From an uncultured Planctomycetota bacterium (GTDB lineage Bacteria > Planctomycetota > Planctomycetia > Isosphaerales > Isosphaeraceae), in the NCBI GenBank assembly GCA_963845755.1, contig CAWJTV010000031.1, positions 288,001 to 352,000 of the forward strand: 64,000 nucleotides of DNA. The letters run 5' to 3'. The position numbers and the translations under genes are program-made. The notes under the pieces are model-generated. The model saw only the letters and a program-made list of their open reading frames with translations. It searched no databases and had not been told where the DNA came from. Of this stretch, positions 32,460 to 43,333 are shown piece by piece. The stretch's first letter is position 1, and the number at the start of each line of letters is the position of its first letter.

Positions 32460-33090
32460 GAACTCGGTGACGCGGGTTTTTCTTCAGTCTCGGCCCTTGA
32501 CCCAAAATGTTTATCCACACGCCACTCGGCACGTGTCACCTGCCACTCCCGAGAACTCACGTGCGGCGTCGGGGATTTCTAATTCATTGAATCGGACGAA
32601 CTGGCCGTTCGGTTCACAGTTTTTTTGGAAACCCAAAAAATTTTATTTTAGAGCTATCAAGACGGGATTTGGGCACACGATACTGAAAGTAGGTGTCGTC
32701 ACTACGTTGTGGTAAGGTCTCCCCTCCTCGCCACCTGACCGACTGACGATCGCCCGTCGGGAGACGAAGGTCCTGTTCACGGCGGCGCCTGAGGAGACGC
32801 GCCCAACCGTCGCCCGCTCGAACTCGAGAGGTCGTGGCCGGCACGTTTCCCCGTGGGTCCTGAACGACGGCGATCGAGCTCCGCCTCTGTCAATTAAGAA
32901 TCCAAAAAAGTTTATGCAACTGAGATCGATGATCGTCGGATCATACCAGTGGTGCCTTGCGCGCTTTGAGATTTCATCCGGAGTCACGGCGAATCGGATC
33001 GACCTCTGGAACGGCCAAACCGATGGTCGAAGGCCGGTCAGACGAAACCCGATTGAGAGGAGAGCCTACCCATGAACGCATTCAAAACGC

Positions 33091-33191
33091 ACGAAACGAA
33101 CCCAGAATCCGGGTCGAACATCCCGCCGAATCGACGAAACGAAGCCAGATTTGGGGCAGACACCGCCCGAAATCGACGAAACGAACCCAGA
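33091..33191 (+). repeat. Three spaced direct repeats ACGAAACGAA(C/G)CCAGA
   Basis: Copies start at 33091, 33134 and 33176 (period 43 and 42 bp). Confidence 0.8.
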
Positions 33192-33333
33192 AACCGGCTC
33201 CTCAATCGCCAATGATTGCATTTTTTCTGAGAAATGTTTAACTCGGCCATGAGGAGTGTTGCGGCGATCCGGTTAAGATGTCAGGGAGCGATAGGTGCGC
33301 GCGATGAGCCGACGGTCGTGGAGTGGACGAACG

Positions 33334-36201
33334 ATGAGAGCGATTTTCACGGTTATGATATCCCTGAGTATCGTGCCGGTCGTAGCGGCGCAGACCCGGC
33401 CGGTGATCGATCAATCGGCTCCTTCGTTGCCTCGCGCTCCGGAACCATCGCGAGGGACTCTCGATCCGTTCGCCCAGGAGGCCGGATCGATCCTGGTTGG
33501 CAAGTGCCTGGCCTGCCACGGGCCGGAGAAGAAGAAGGGTGGGCTCGACCTGAGCCGGCGCGCATCGGCGCTGGCCGGCGGTGAGAGTCGAGCGGCCATC
33601 GTGCCGGGCCAGCCGGGAGAGAGCCTCCTGATCGAGAAGGTCGCCGAGGGGGAGATGCCACCCAATGGACCGCTGTCAAAGGACCAGGTCGCGGTGGTGC
33701 GCGCGTGGATCGAGTCGGGAGCCGCGTATCCCAGCGAGACGCTGGCCCCGCGCCGAGCCGGGGCCGATTGGTGGTCGCTCAGGCCGATCCGGCGGATTGC
33801 GGCACCCGAATTGAAGGGTCCCGACGCGGCCTGGGTCCGAACGCCGGTCGATCGTTTCATTCTCAAGGATCTCCGGATCGCCGGGCTTGCTCCTGCACCC
33901 GAGGCCGATCGCGCCGCGCTGATCCGCCGGGTGACATTCGACCTGACCGGACTGCCACCAACTCCCGAGCAGGTCAACGCCTTTGTCGCGGATCCCTCCC
34001 CATCCGCTTATGAATCGCTCGTGGATCGCCTGCTGGCCTCGCCTCAGTATGGCGAGCGTTGGGGACGTCACTGGCTGGACGTCGTTCGATTCGGGGAGAG
34101 CGAAGGCTATGAGACGAACATGCCGAGGTTCTCGGCGTGGCCCTATCGCGATTACGTGATCCGCGCGTTCAACCGCGATACGCCGTTCCCGCGCTTCGTC
34201 CTTGAACAGCTCGCCGGAGACACGCTGACCTCGGGGCGCGGCCCGGCCGACTGGCTGACCCAGACGGCGACCGGGTTCCTCGTGGGGGGCACGCACGACA
34301 TCGTCGGCAATCAGACGGTGGAAGGGATGCTCCAGCAGCGCGCCGACGATCTCGACGACATGATCACGGCGACCGGCACCACCTTCCTCGGGTTGACGAT
34401 TCAATGCGCACGATGCCACGACCACAAGTTCGACCCGATCCGGCAGGCCGACTACTACGGTCTCCAGGCGATCTTCGCCGGGGTCAACCACGCCGCGCGA
34501 GAGGTCCCCGCGCCGGACTCCGAGGCGCGGCGGATCGAAGCATCCGCGGTCGCCGACGAACTGGCTCGCATCGAGCAGCGCCTCGATGAGTCCGAAACGC
34601 TCGCCCATCCCGGCAGCGATACACCCCTCCGGCCGATGGTCAACCCGAGGCGCAACGTCGAACGGTTCGCACCCGTTCGCGCCCGGATGATCCGGCTGAC
34701 GATCCTCGCGACCAACAATGACACCGAGCCCTGCATCGACGAGCTGGAAGTCTACACGACCGCTGAAAGCGATGGATCTCCGCCACGCAACGTCGCGCTG
34801 GCTTCAGCGGGAGGGAAGGCGTCGGCATCGTCGGAGTATCCGGGAAACCCGATCCACAAGATTGTCCATCTCAACGACGGCCGGCAGGGGAACAGCCGGA
34901 GCTGGATCTCACGGTCGGCGGGCAGGGGGGTGGTCACGATCGCCTGGCCCGAACTCGCGACGATCGACCGCGTGGTCTGGGGCCGCGATCGGGAAGGGGC
35001 CTATCGCGACCGCCTGGCGACGCAGTATTACCTCGAAGCGGCCCTCGAGCCCGGTTGCTGGCAGATCGTTGCCTCGTCGCTGGATCGTCTGCCCTATCGC
35101 GACGAGCCGACGTCGCCGCGAGGCGCGGACTCGCCCGGCCGTGCGGGCGAGCGGGCCGAGCTGCGAGCGAGACAAGTCCAGCTTCGCGATCGCCTCGCCC
35201 AACTGGGCAGCACGATGCCGATCTATGCCGGCACGTTCACTCAGCCCGGCCCGACGCATCTGCTCGTCCGCGGCGATCCGACGAAGAAGGGACCGCGGAT
35301 GCGGCCCTCGGTGATCGCGTGTCTGCGACCGAACCTGGTCCTGGATCCCGATACCCCCGAGGCGGAGCGCCGTGCATCGCTGGCGCGATGGATCGCCGAT
35401 CCGGCCAACCCCTTGCCCGCCCGCGTGATGGTCAACCGCGTCTGGCAATACCACTTCGGCCGGGGGATCGTCGCCACGCCCAGCGACTTCGGTTTCAACG
35501 GCACGCCGCCCTCGCATCCCGAACTCCTCGATTGGCTGGCCAGCACCTACATCGAAGGCGGCTGGCGGATGAAGCCGATTCATCGGCTGATCTTGTTATC
35601 TTCCACATATCGCCAGTCGAGCCGGCTCGACGAGAAGGCCCAGGCAATGGACCGGGAGAACCGACTGCTCTGGCGCGTGAGTCCGCGACGGCTCGAGGCC
35701 GAATCGATCCGCGACGCGATCCTCGCGACCAGCGGCCGGCTCAATACCCGCATGGGCGGGCCGGGTTACAACATCTGGGAGAAGAACACCAATTATGTTG
35801 CCGTGTACAAACCTCGCGCCGTGCTCGGTCCCGACGACTTCCGCCGGATGGTCTACCAGTTCAAACCCCGGAGCCAGCCCGATCCCACCTTCGGCGCCTT
35901 CGACTGTCCCGATGCGGCACTGGTCGCTCCCCGACGGAATGTCTCAACGACGGCACTCCAGGCCCTCAACCTCTTGAATAGCCGCTTCGTGATCCGTCAG
36001 GCCGAGTTTTTCGCCGAACGCCTCCGGGTCGAGGCCGGCGCCGAGCCGGAATTCCGGGTCGAGCGCGGGTTTCGATTGGCGTTCGGCCGCATGCCGTTGG
36101 CCATCGAGCGCGAGGCCGCCGTCAAGCTGATCGCCGCACACGGCACGGCGGCGTTCTGTCGGGCTTTGTATAATGCCAATGAGTTTGTTTACGTGCCATG
36201 A
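33334..36201 (+). CDS. Planctomycete cytochrome c + DUF1549 + DUF1553 protein with discoidin-like insert
   Basis: CLACH, LIRRVTFDLTGLPP, YGERWGRHWLD, CARCHDHKFDP, PSHPELLDWLA, RRLEAESIRD. Confidence 0.95.
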   Translation: MRAIFTVMISLSIVPVVAAQTRPVIDQSAPSLPRAPEPSRGTLDPFAQEAGSILVGKCLACHGPEKKKGGLDLSRRASALAGGESRAAIVPGQPGESLLIEKVAEGEMPPNGPLSKDQVAVVRAWIESGAAYPSETLAPRRAGADWWSLRPIRRIAAPELKGPDAAWVRTPVDRFILKDLRIAGLAPAPEADRAALIRRVTFDLTGLPPTPEQVNAFVADPSPSAYESLVDRLLASPQYGERWGRHWLDVVRFGESEGYETNMPRFSAWPYRDYVIRAFNRDTPFPRFVLEQLAGDTLTSGRGPADWLTQTATGFLVGGTHDIVGNQTVEGMLQQRADDLDDMITATGTTFLGLTIQCARCHDHKFDPIRQADYYGLQAIFAGVNHAAREVPAPDSEARRIEASAVADELARIEQRLDESETLAHPGSDTPLRPMVNPRRNVERFAPVRARMIRLTILATNNDTEPCIDELEVYTTAESDGSPPRNVALASAGGKASASSEYPGNPIHKIVHLNDGRQGNSRSWISRSAGRGVVTIAWPELATIDRVVWGRDREGAYRDRLATQYYLEAALEPGCWQIVASSLDRLPYRDEPTSPRGADSPGRAGERAELRARQVQLRDRLAQLGSTMPIYAGTFTQPGPTHLLVRGDPTKKGPRMRPSVIACLRPNLVLDPDTPEAERRASLARWIADPANPLPARVMVNRVWQYHFGRGIVATPSDFGFNGTPPSHPELLDWLASTYIEGGWRMKPIHRLILLSSTYRQSSRLDEKAQAMDRENRLLWRVSPRRLEAESIRDAILATSGRLNTRMGGPGYNIWEKNTNYVAVYKPRAVLGPDDFRRMVYQFKPRSQPDPTFGAFDCPDAALVAPRRNVSTTALQALNLLNSRFVIRQAEFFAERLRVEAGAEPEFRVERGFRLAFGRMPLAIEREAAVKLIAAHGTAAFCRALYNANEFVYVP

Positions 36202-36232
36202 ATGAAACTGGGGAGTCGAAAGGAGAAGCAAC

Positions 36233-36668
36233 ATGGAGACGGAAACCATGGGGATCGTGCTGGTTACGGCCTTAATCGAGAACTACGATGACGTGAAGAC
36301 CGCGGAGAAAGGGATTATCCCCGAAGCCGATGTTCGCTGCATCGAAGTCAACGATGCGCGCGTTCAACACCGGGGCGACCTACGTCTCGATGCCGCTACG
36401 TCTCATCGAGCAACTGGGCCTTAAGAGGATCAAGACGGTCGTAGCGAAAACGACTGCGGGGCCGATGTCATTTGGGATCTTCGAGCCGGTCAAACTCACC
36501 ATCCAGGATCGCGACTGTGAGGTCCGCGTGGCCGAGGTCGCCGACAATTGCCCCATCCTGATCGGTTACATCCCCCTGGAAATGCTCGATTTCGTCGTGG
36601 ACCCCAAGAATCAACGACTCATCGGGAATCCGGATCACGGCGGTCAGTACATGATCGATATGTACTGA
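36233..36668 (+). CDS. Clan AA (retropepsin-like) aspartic protease; frameshift near 36364
   Basis: MGIVLVTALIEN start, (D/N)TGATYVSMP, LIGYIPLEMLDFVVDP. Confidence 0.8.
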
Positions 36669-36746
36669 CCTGCTATGGGGCAAGTGGGTGTTCGACATGT
36701 ATCATCCATAGTGCTGCGTCTGGCAATCCACCTGGAGGCTCTCATC

Positions 36747-39081
36747 ATGAAGCGCGGTGCGTTCTTCTTCGGTCTGACGATGGTCCTGGCCGCATCCAGC
36801 ACCTCGCGGGCCCAGGAGCCCGCGATTCCCGTGCCCGACACGATCCGCGTGGAGGGCGTGCCACCGATCCCGGCCGCGATGAGGAAGGCATTGAACCGCT
36901 ACCAGAACATCCGCTCGGCGAGCTTCCAGGACTGGGCCTCGGACGGATCGGGGATGTACATCATCTCGCGGTTCGCCAACGTACCCCAGGTGCACTTCGT
37001 GGCCCAGGCCGGCGGAGCTCGGACGCAGCTCACGTTCCTTCCCGAGCGGCGTGTTGAGCGTCTCCGCCCGACCCAAGCACGACCAGTTCCTCTACAGCAT
37101 CGACGAGGGCGGCGCCGAGAATTACCAGTTATTCGTTCAGAATCGTCGAGGCGGTGAAGCCCGTCGGATCACGGACGGCAAGAGCCGGAACACGGGGGCG
37201 AAGTGGTCCCCGTCGGGCGAGCTGCTGGCCTGGAGCAGCAATGCTCGTAACGGTCGCGATATGGATCTCTACGTCGCGGCCCCCGGCGATCCCCACTTCG
37301 TCCGCCGCTTCAAAGAAGTCTCTGGGAGCTGGACGGTCTCCGATTGGTCGCCCGATGAGACCAAGGTCGTTGCGGTTGAGTCTATCTCGATCAACGAGTC
37401 GTATCTTCACATCATCGAAGTGGCTACTGGCAAGACCCAGACACTCACTCCACTTCCGAATGACCCGAAGACTAGCCGCGCCTTTTCGGGCGATGCCAAT
37501 TGGTCAAAGAACGGAAACGCGATTTACTACATCACCGATCAGAAGAGTGAGTTTCGCCAGCTTGTCGTGTACTATCCGGCGTCAGGCGATTCCTCCGCTC
37601 TCCCTGATCCTTTCCCTCTCACTGGTGAGACTCATTGGAACGTCGAGGGATTCGACATGAGCGACGATGGAGACGTCGTCGCATTCGTGGTCAACCGTGA
37701 GGGTGTCAGCATACTCAGTGTATACCGTCGCGCTCGTGGAATGCTGGAGGACCAACGCGAATTATTTGTCAGCAACGGTGTGATAACCCACCTGGCATTC
37801 CGACCCGGAAGCCAAGAAGTCGGTTTCACGGACAGTTCGACGCAATCGGATAGCGACTGCTGGTCTATTGTAACGACTGCGAATCCGTTGAAGCATCTCA
37901 AAGACGGCGAGGCTCGTCGGTGGACGCTGAGCGAAACCGGCGGCCTGGAATCCGAGAACTTTGCCGAGCCCCAACTGATCGGATATCCCAGCTTCGACGG
38001 CCGCAGGATTCCCGCATTCGTGTACAGGCCCTCGCCGCGAAAGTTCCCCGGCCCGCACCCCGTGCTGATCGACATCCACGGCGGCCCCGAGGGGCAATTT
38101 CGCCCTGCGTTCCTGGGCCGGCTGAACTACTGGATCGATGAGCTAGGACTCGTCGTGATCTTCCCCAATGTGCGGGGCTCGTCCGGATATGGAAAGAGTT
38201 ACCTCAAGCTCGACAACGGGAAGCTTCGCGGCGATGCCGTCAAGGACATCGGTGCCCTCTTCGACTGGATCGCCAAGCAGAAGGATCTGGACAAGTCCCG
38301 CGTGGGCGTAACCGGCGGCTCGTACGGCGGGTTCATGTCACTGGCCGTGCAGGCGAACTACAACGACAAGATCAAGTGCGGGATCGATATCGTCGGCATC
38401 TCGAACTTCGTCACGTTCTTGAAGAACACCCAGGGTTATCGCCGCGACCTTCGCCGGGCCGAGTACGGCGACGAGCGCGATCCGGAAATGCGTGCGTATC
38501 TCGAAAAAGTCTCGCCTCTGGCCAACGCCGGGAAGATCCGCACGCCGATACTCGTGGTCCAGGGACAGAACGACCCGCGCGTGCCGATCTCCGAGGCCGA
38601 GCAGATGATCGCCGCGCTCAAGAAGAACGGGATTCCCGTCTGGTACGTCGTCGGGACCAACGAGGGGCATGGCTTCGCCAAGAAGGCCAACCAGGATTAT
38701 CTCCAGGCGGTCGAGGTCGAGTTCCTCCGCCGCTACTTACTCGGGCCGGGTGGTCAGCGTGGAGAGGAGGTCGGAGAACGCTTCCCGGTCAAGGGCACGG
38801 TCACGTTCAAGGGCGAGCCACTCGCAGAGGGTCGGATCGAGTTTCGGCCGACAGAACCGGGGGGGCGTGCGGCTACGGGCATGATTCGGGATGGACGATT
38901 CACCCTGACAACGGTGGAAGCGAACGACGGATCTTTCCCAGGTACCTACAAGGTCACAATCGGATCGTTGGACCGGAACGTGAAGATCCCCGCTCGCTAC
39001 TCCAACCCCGACACAACGCCCTTGAGGTGCAAGATCGCTGCGGCCCAAAATACGCTCGATTTCGAGCTGAACGAGGATTGA
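36747..39081 (+). CDS. S9 prolyl oligopeptidase family protein with C-terminal carboxypeptidase-regulatory-like domain; frameshift near 37050
   Basis: Signal peptide, beta-propeller WSP repeats, IHGGPE, GGSYGG, NDPRVP, EGHGF; tail VKGTVTFKGEPL..PGTYKVTI..IPARY. Confidence 0.92.
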
Positions 39082-39232
39082 GAACATCTTGACAACGGCA
39101 GTGGAGTCAGTCGGCCCACGATCGGATTGTTTGCGAGATGACCGTCATAGCCCTCCATCGAAGGACTCGTTCGCAATGGTTGACTCGAGCACCCACGATA
39201 CGAAGTGTGTCTCGCGCTTCGAGATCACCAGC

Positions 39233-39442
39233 CTACTTCCCAGCGGCCTTGTCGAGGGCTCGTCCCACTTTTTCCCCGGGGCCGGGCGGGTTGATCGTGT
39301 CCTTGGCTTTCTGGACGCCCGCGTCGATGTTCTTACCCGCTTGCTCGGCCGGTCCCTCGGATTCGCAGCCGCCGAGGCATACGACCGCAAGAATTGGCAG
39401 TGCAGCGAAAAACGAGAGACGGAACTTCGTCAACTTACTCAT
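39233..39442 (-). CDS. Small lipoprotein
   Basis: GGAG RBS, lipobox LGGC, GPAEQAGKNID / GPGEKVGRALD internal repeat. Confidence 0.8.
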   Translation of the reverse strand: MSKLTKFRLSFFAALPILAVVCLGGCESEGPAEQAGKNIDAGVQKAKDTINPPGPGEKVGRALDKAAGK

Positions 39443-39712
39443 CAGGAACTCTCCTTCAAATTACCGTCGGATTGCGCGGGCCATAGCACACGCTCACTCT
39501 GCCGGCAGATTGTGTCGATCGGCCGCTCCCTCAACCGAACGCTTTCGAAGAAACACCCAGCGCGTCATCGGGCTCCCGAAATGCATCGGCCGAAGCTTCC
39601 TCAGAGCATTCTCGTCGTCGCGAAGTCAAAAAGTCAAACGAGATTCCCTCGCTAGGGAATATAATCCGCAAGTGTTTAGCATGTGCTGAACAATTCGAGA
39701 GGGGAATCCGTC

Positions 39713-41209
39713 GTGGGCGATCGATCGTCTCTACTCCTGGGCTGCCACCTGCTCGACCGCCGGAGCTTCCTCAGTCACATGGCCACGGGCATGGGCGGGA
39801 TCGCGCTCAGCGCGCTGCTGGCCGACCACGGCTTGCTGTCGGTTGATGACGGGACGACCGACTTGAATTCCGATCTGGCTCGAGCTCGTCCACCTAGTCC
39901 GCTTGGGCCGAAGCCGCCGCACTTCGTCGCAAGGGCGAAGCGTGTGCTGCATATCTTCTGCACGGGCGCGGTCAGCCATCTCGACACGTGGGACTACAAG
40001 CCTGCGCTGATCAAGCGGGACGGTCAGTCGATGCCCGGAGTCGAGAAGCTAATTACTTTTCAAGGCGAGAACGGCAACCTGGCCCGGAGCCCGTGGACGT
40101 TCCGGCCGCGGGGCCAGAGCGGGAAGTACATCTCGGACCTTCTGCCGCATCTGGCCGCCCGTGCGGACGACCTGTGCTTCATCCACTCGCTGACCTCGAA
40201 GACCAATACTCACGGGCCTGGCGAGATGTTCATGAGCACCGGGTTCACGCTCGAGGGGTTTCCCAGCATCGGGGCCTGGGTCAGCTATGCGCTTGGGACC
40301 GAAAACCAGGATCTGCCCGCCTACGTGGCGATCCCCGACCCGCGGGGCGACCCGCAGCAAGGGCCGGCGAACTGGACCAATGGCTTCCTGGCCGCCACCT
40401 TCCAGGGCACGGCGTTCAATGCCGAGCGGCCGATCAATCACCTCGCCTTGCCGAAGGAGATCGCTCGCGGCGATGACGCGGCGGCGCGCGACTTCCTCTG
40501 CCTGCTCAACGACGAGCACCTCCGGCACCACCCGGGCGACAGCGAGCTGGCGGCCCGGATCGCCGCTTACGAGCTGGCTGGACGGATGCAATCGAGTGCG
40601 CCGGAGGTCGGCGAGCTATCCCGAGAGAGCCCAGCCACGCGGTCTCTCTATGGACTCGACGATGCCAACCCGCTCACCGCCGCCTTCGGCCGCAACTGTC
40701 TGCTCGCTCGCCGACTCCTGGAGCGCGGGGTACGCTTCATCACGCTGTTCAACGGCGCGTTCGCCATGGGCGAGGGCGTCCTCAACTGGGACGGGCACCG
40801 CCGCATCCAGTCGGACTACAACCGCCACGGCCCGATCCTGGACAAGCCGGCCGCGGCGCTCCTGATCGACCTGAAATCGCGCGGGCTCCTCGATGATACG
40901 CTGGTCGTCTGGACGACTGAATTCGGGCGTATGCCTACTTTCCAAAAGGGGGTCCAAGGACGCGACCACAACCCCAAGGGATTCACCGCCTGGCTGGCCG
41001 GTGCCGGCGTCAAGCACGGGTTCAGCTTCGGCGCCACGGATGAGTTCGGCTACCAGGCCGTCGAGAAAGTCGTCGACGTCCACGACTTCCATGCCACGAT
41101 CCTGCACCTCCTCGGCCTCGACCATGTACGCCTGACTTACAACAATAACGGTACGTCGCGACGGCTCACCGACGTCCACGGCCAAGTGATCCGGGATGTC
41201 CTGGCCTAA
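39713..41209 (+). CDS. DUF1501 family protein (Tat-exported)
   Basis: DRRSFL twin-Arg, SHLDTWDYKP, CLLARRLLERGVRF, TEFGRMP, GRDH, RRLTDVHG. Confidence 0.95.
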   Translation: MGDRSSLLLGCHLLDRRSFLSHMATGMGGIALSALLADHGLLSVDDGTTDLNSDLARARPPSPLGPKPPHFVARAKRVLHIFCTGAVSHLDTWDYKPALIKRDGQSMPGVEKLITFQGENGNLARSPWTFRPRGQSGKYISDLLPHLAARADDLCFIHSLTSKTNTHGPGEMFMSTGFTLEGFPSIGAWVSYALGTENQDLPAYVAIPDPRGDPQQGPANWTNGFLAATFQGTAFNAERPINHLALPKEIARGDDAAARDFLCLLNDEHLRHHPGDSELAARIAAYELAGRMQSSAPEVGELSRESPATRSLYGLDDANPLTAAFGRNCLLARRLLERGVRFITLFNGAFAMGEGVLNWDGHRRIQSDYNRHGPILDKPAAALLIDLKSRGLLDDTLVVWTTEFGRMPTFQKGVQGRDHNPKGFTAWLAGAGVKHGFSFGATDEFGYQAVEKVVDVHDFHATILHLLGLDHVRLTYNNNGTSRRLTDVHGQVIRDVLA

Positions 41210-41299
41210 CAGATCGCATTCTCGCACGTTATCCGTCATGACGGAGTCGATGTTACCGGAGATCAGATCGATCACGAGAATGCAGACGGAGACACGCCG

Positions 41300-41737
41300 A
41301 TGAGACGCAAGGCTCCCTTTGATCGGAACTTCCGCGCGATCCAACGGACTCGGCTCTGGCCGATCCGCTCGCTCGGGCCGCTGATGATGGTGGTCGCCCT
41401 GAGCGGGCTTGTGCTATCGGCTTTTTCGTTGAAGCCGAGAGGCCTGGCGTCCGGGCCTCGGAACATCGTCCGGGCGCCTGCCACGGTGACACTGGTTCAA
41501 GGACCGGCGGGAACTGGACTGACCGAGGTCGATCCGCCGAACGATCGGTTCGTCATTCCGGCTCATCCCGATATCGAACCCGCCATGGTGATCCGCGCCG
41601 ATCCCGATATCGATCCGGAGATGGTCTTCCATCTCGGGCCCGATGGTCGCTTGTGGCGGGAGTCGGACGTGGCAGAGTTCGACCTCCTGGGTCCCGCATC
41701 CACAGGTCATCCCCCAGAAACGACCCCGTCTCGTTGA
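41300..41737 (+). CDS. Hypothetical membrane-anchored protein
   Basis: One hydrophobic segment and short PDI(E/D)P repeats; no family recognised. Confidence 0.5.
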   Translation: MRRKAPFDRNFRAIQRTRLWPIRSLGPLMMVVALSGLVLSAFSLKPRGLASGPRNIVRAPATVTLVQGPAGTGLTEVDPPNDRFVIPAHPDIEPAMVIRADPDIDPEMVFHLGPDGRLWRESDVAEFDLLGPASTGHPPETTPSR

Positions 41738-41752
41738 GAGGAGCAACCATCC

Positions 41753-42277
41753 GTGTCGCGAGACATCCCGGGACCACCGAGATCTGACGGGCGATTTCCC
41801 CGGCCCAGTCTGACGCTCCAAGAGCTGATCGGGCTGGTCGTCGCCTTCGCGATCTCCAACGCGTTCCTCGCATGGTTCAACCCCAGGGCGGCTCAGAGTG
41901 CGACCCTCATCGTCGTATGGAACGGCGTGCTCGGGCTGTATCTGGGTTTTGCGTTCCTTCAAGCGTGGATTCGATCGATTGTGCGCTGGATTCGGACGGG
42001 CGACGCATCCCCGACCGGGCGAACACCTCCGCGCTGGACGGCACTCGGCGTTGCGGAGGGGACCGTGATCGCCGGGACCCTCGTCATGTGCTTGATGATG
42101 ATGATCGAAAAGTCGATAAACACGGGTCTTGACGAGAACGACTACGTGGTGCTGACGACCTTCGTCCTGGTCGGCACTATCTTTGCTCTGACGGTCCGAG
42201 CGCTCTGGCGGCGCGATCGTGATCGGGGCTTACCGTCTCGCTTCGAGAGCCGGACTCCAGTGGAACCATTCTTCTGA
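41753..42277 (+). CDS. Hypothetical membrane protein (about four helices)
   Basis: GAGGAG RBS, four hydrophobic segments. Confidence 0.6.
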   Translation: MSRDIPGPPRSDGRFPRPSLTLQELIGLVVAFAISNAFLAWFNPRAAQSATLIVVWNGVLGLYLGFAFLQAWIRSIVRWIRTGDASPTGRTPPRWTALGVAEGTVIAGTLVMCLMMMIEKSINTGLDENDYVVLTTFVLVGTIFALTVRALWRRDRDRGLPSRFESRTPVEPFF

Positions 42278-42379
42278 TTCCGAACGATTATCCCGACCGA
42301 GAGACTCCTTGACCGGTCGCCGGTAGCGCCCAAGGATAGAGTTGGGGTGACTCAACTTCATTAATGGGGAGAATTGCGA

Positions 42380-43329
42380 ATGTCCATCTGGTCGCTGGTC
42401 CTGCTGGCTCTAGTCGGTTTCCCTCCCAACCAGGCCCAAGCGGGCTCGAACAGCGTGGTATCGCCGGGAGAGAAGCTGGAAAAGGTCTGGGGAGAAGGCG
42501 AGTTCACCGAGGGAGGTGCTATGGCCGCGGACGGCTCGATCCTCTTTTCGGATATCGGCAACCGGATCATGCGGTTCGACCCGAAGACCGGCAAGACGAC
42601 GGTCTACCGCGAGCCGAGCGGGCGGGCCAATGGGTTGATCTTCGACAACAAGGGCCGGCTAATCGTCGCCGAGGGCGCCAATACGGGTGGTGGTCGGCGG
42701 GTCTCGGTCACCGCCGCGGACGGCACGATCAAGACGCTGTGCAGCGGCTTCGAGGGAAAGCGGTTCAACAGCCCGAACGATGTGGCCGTTGACCGGGATG
42801 GGCGTGTGTATGTCTCCGACCCACGATACGTTGGCGACGAGCCGCGAGACCTGGACTTCGAAGGGATCTTCGTCATCGAGTTGGACGGCTACGCTATCCC
42901 TCTGGACATGACCGTCTACAAACCGAACGGCGTGGCGATCAGCCCCGACGGCAAGACCCTCTACGTATCGGACAACGGCTCTCGTCGCCGGGCGTTGCTC
43001 GCGGCGACGATCGGCGACCGGGGAAAGGTGAAGGATCCTCGCGTGATCCACGACTTCGGCCGCGGCGCGGCATCGACGGCATGACGGTCACCACCGACGG
43101 GCGGATCGTTGCCGCCGCCGGGGCCGGAGACAAAGCCGGCGTCTACATCTTCACTCCCGAAGGGAAGTCCCTTGAGGTCATCCCGACTCCGGAAGTCCCT
43201 GCGAACGTCGAGTTCGGCGGCGAGGACCGATCGACCCTTTACATCTGCGCCGGCAAGAGTCTCTACCGGATCAAGACCAACATGACAGGTTTCGCGTTCT
43301 GGCCGCCGACCAGCGGCAAGGGAAAGTAA
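42380..43329 (+). CDS. SMP-30/gluconolactonase family protein; frameshift near 43066
   Basis: FTEG, FSDI, ANGL, FNSPND, PNG, DGMTV, ANVEFGG. Confidence 0.92.
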
Positions 43330-43333
43330 CCGC

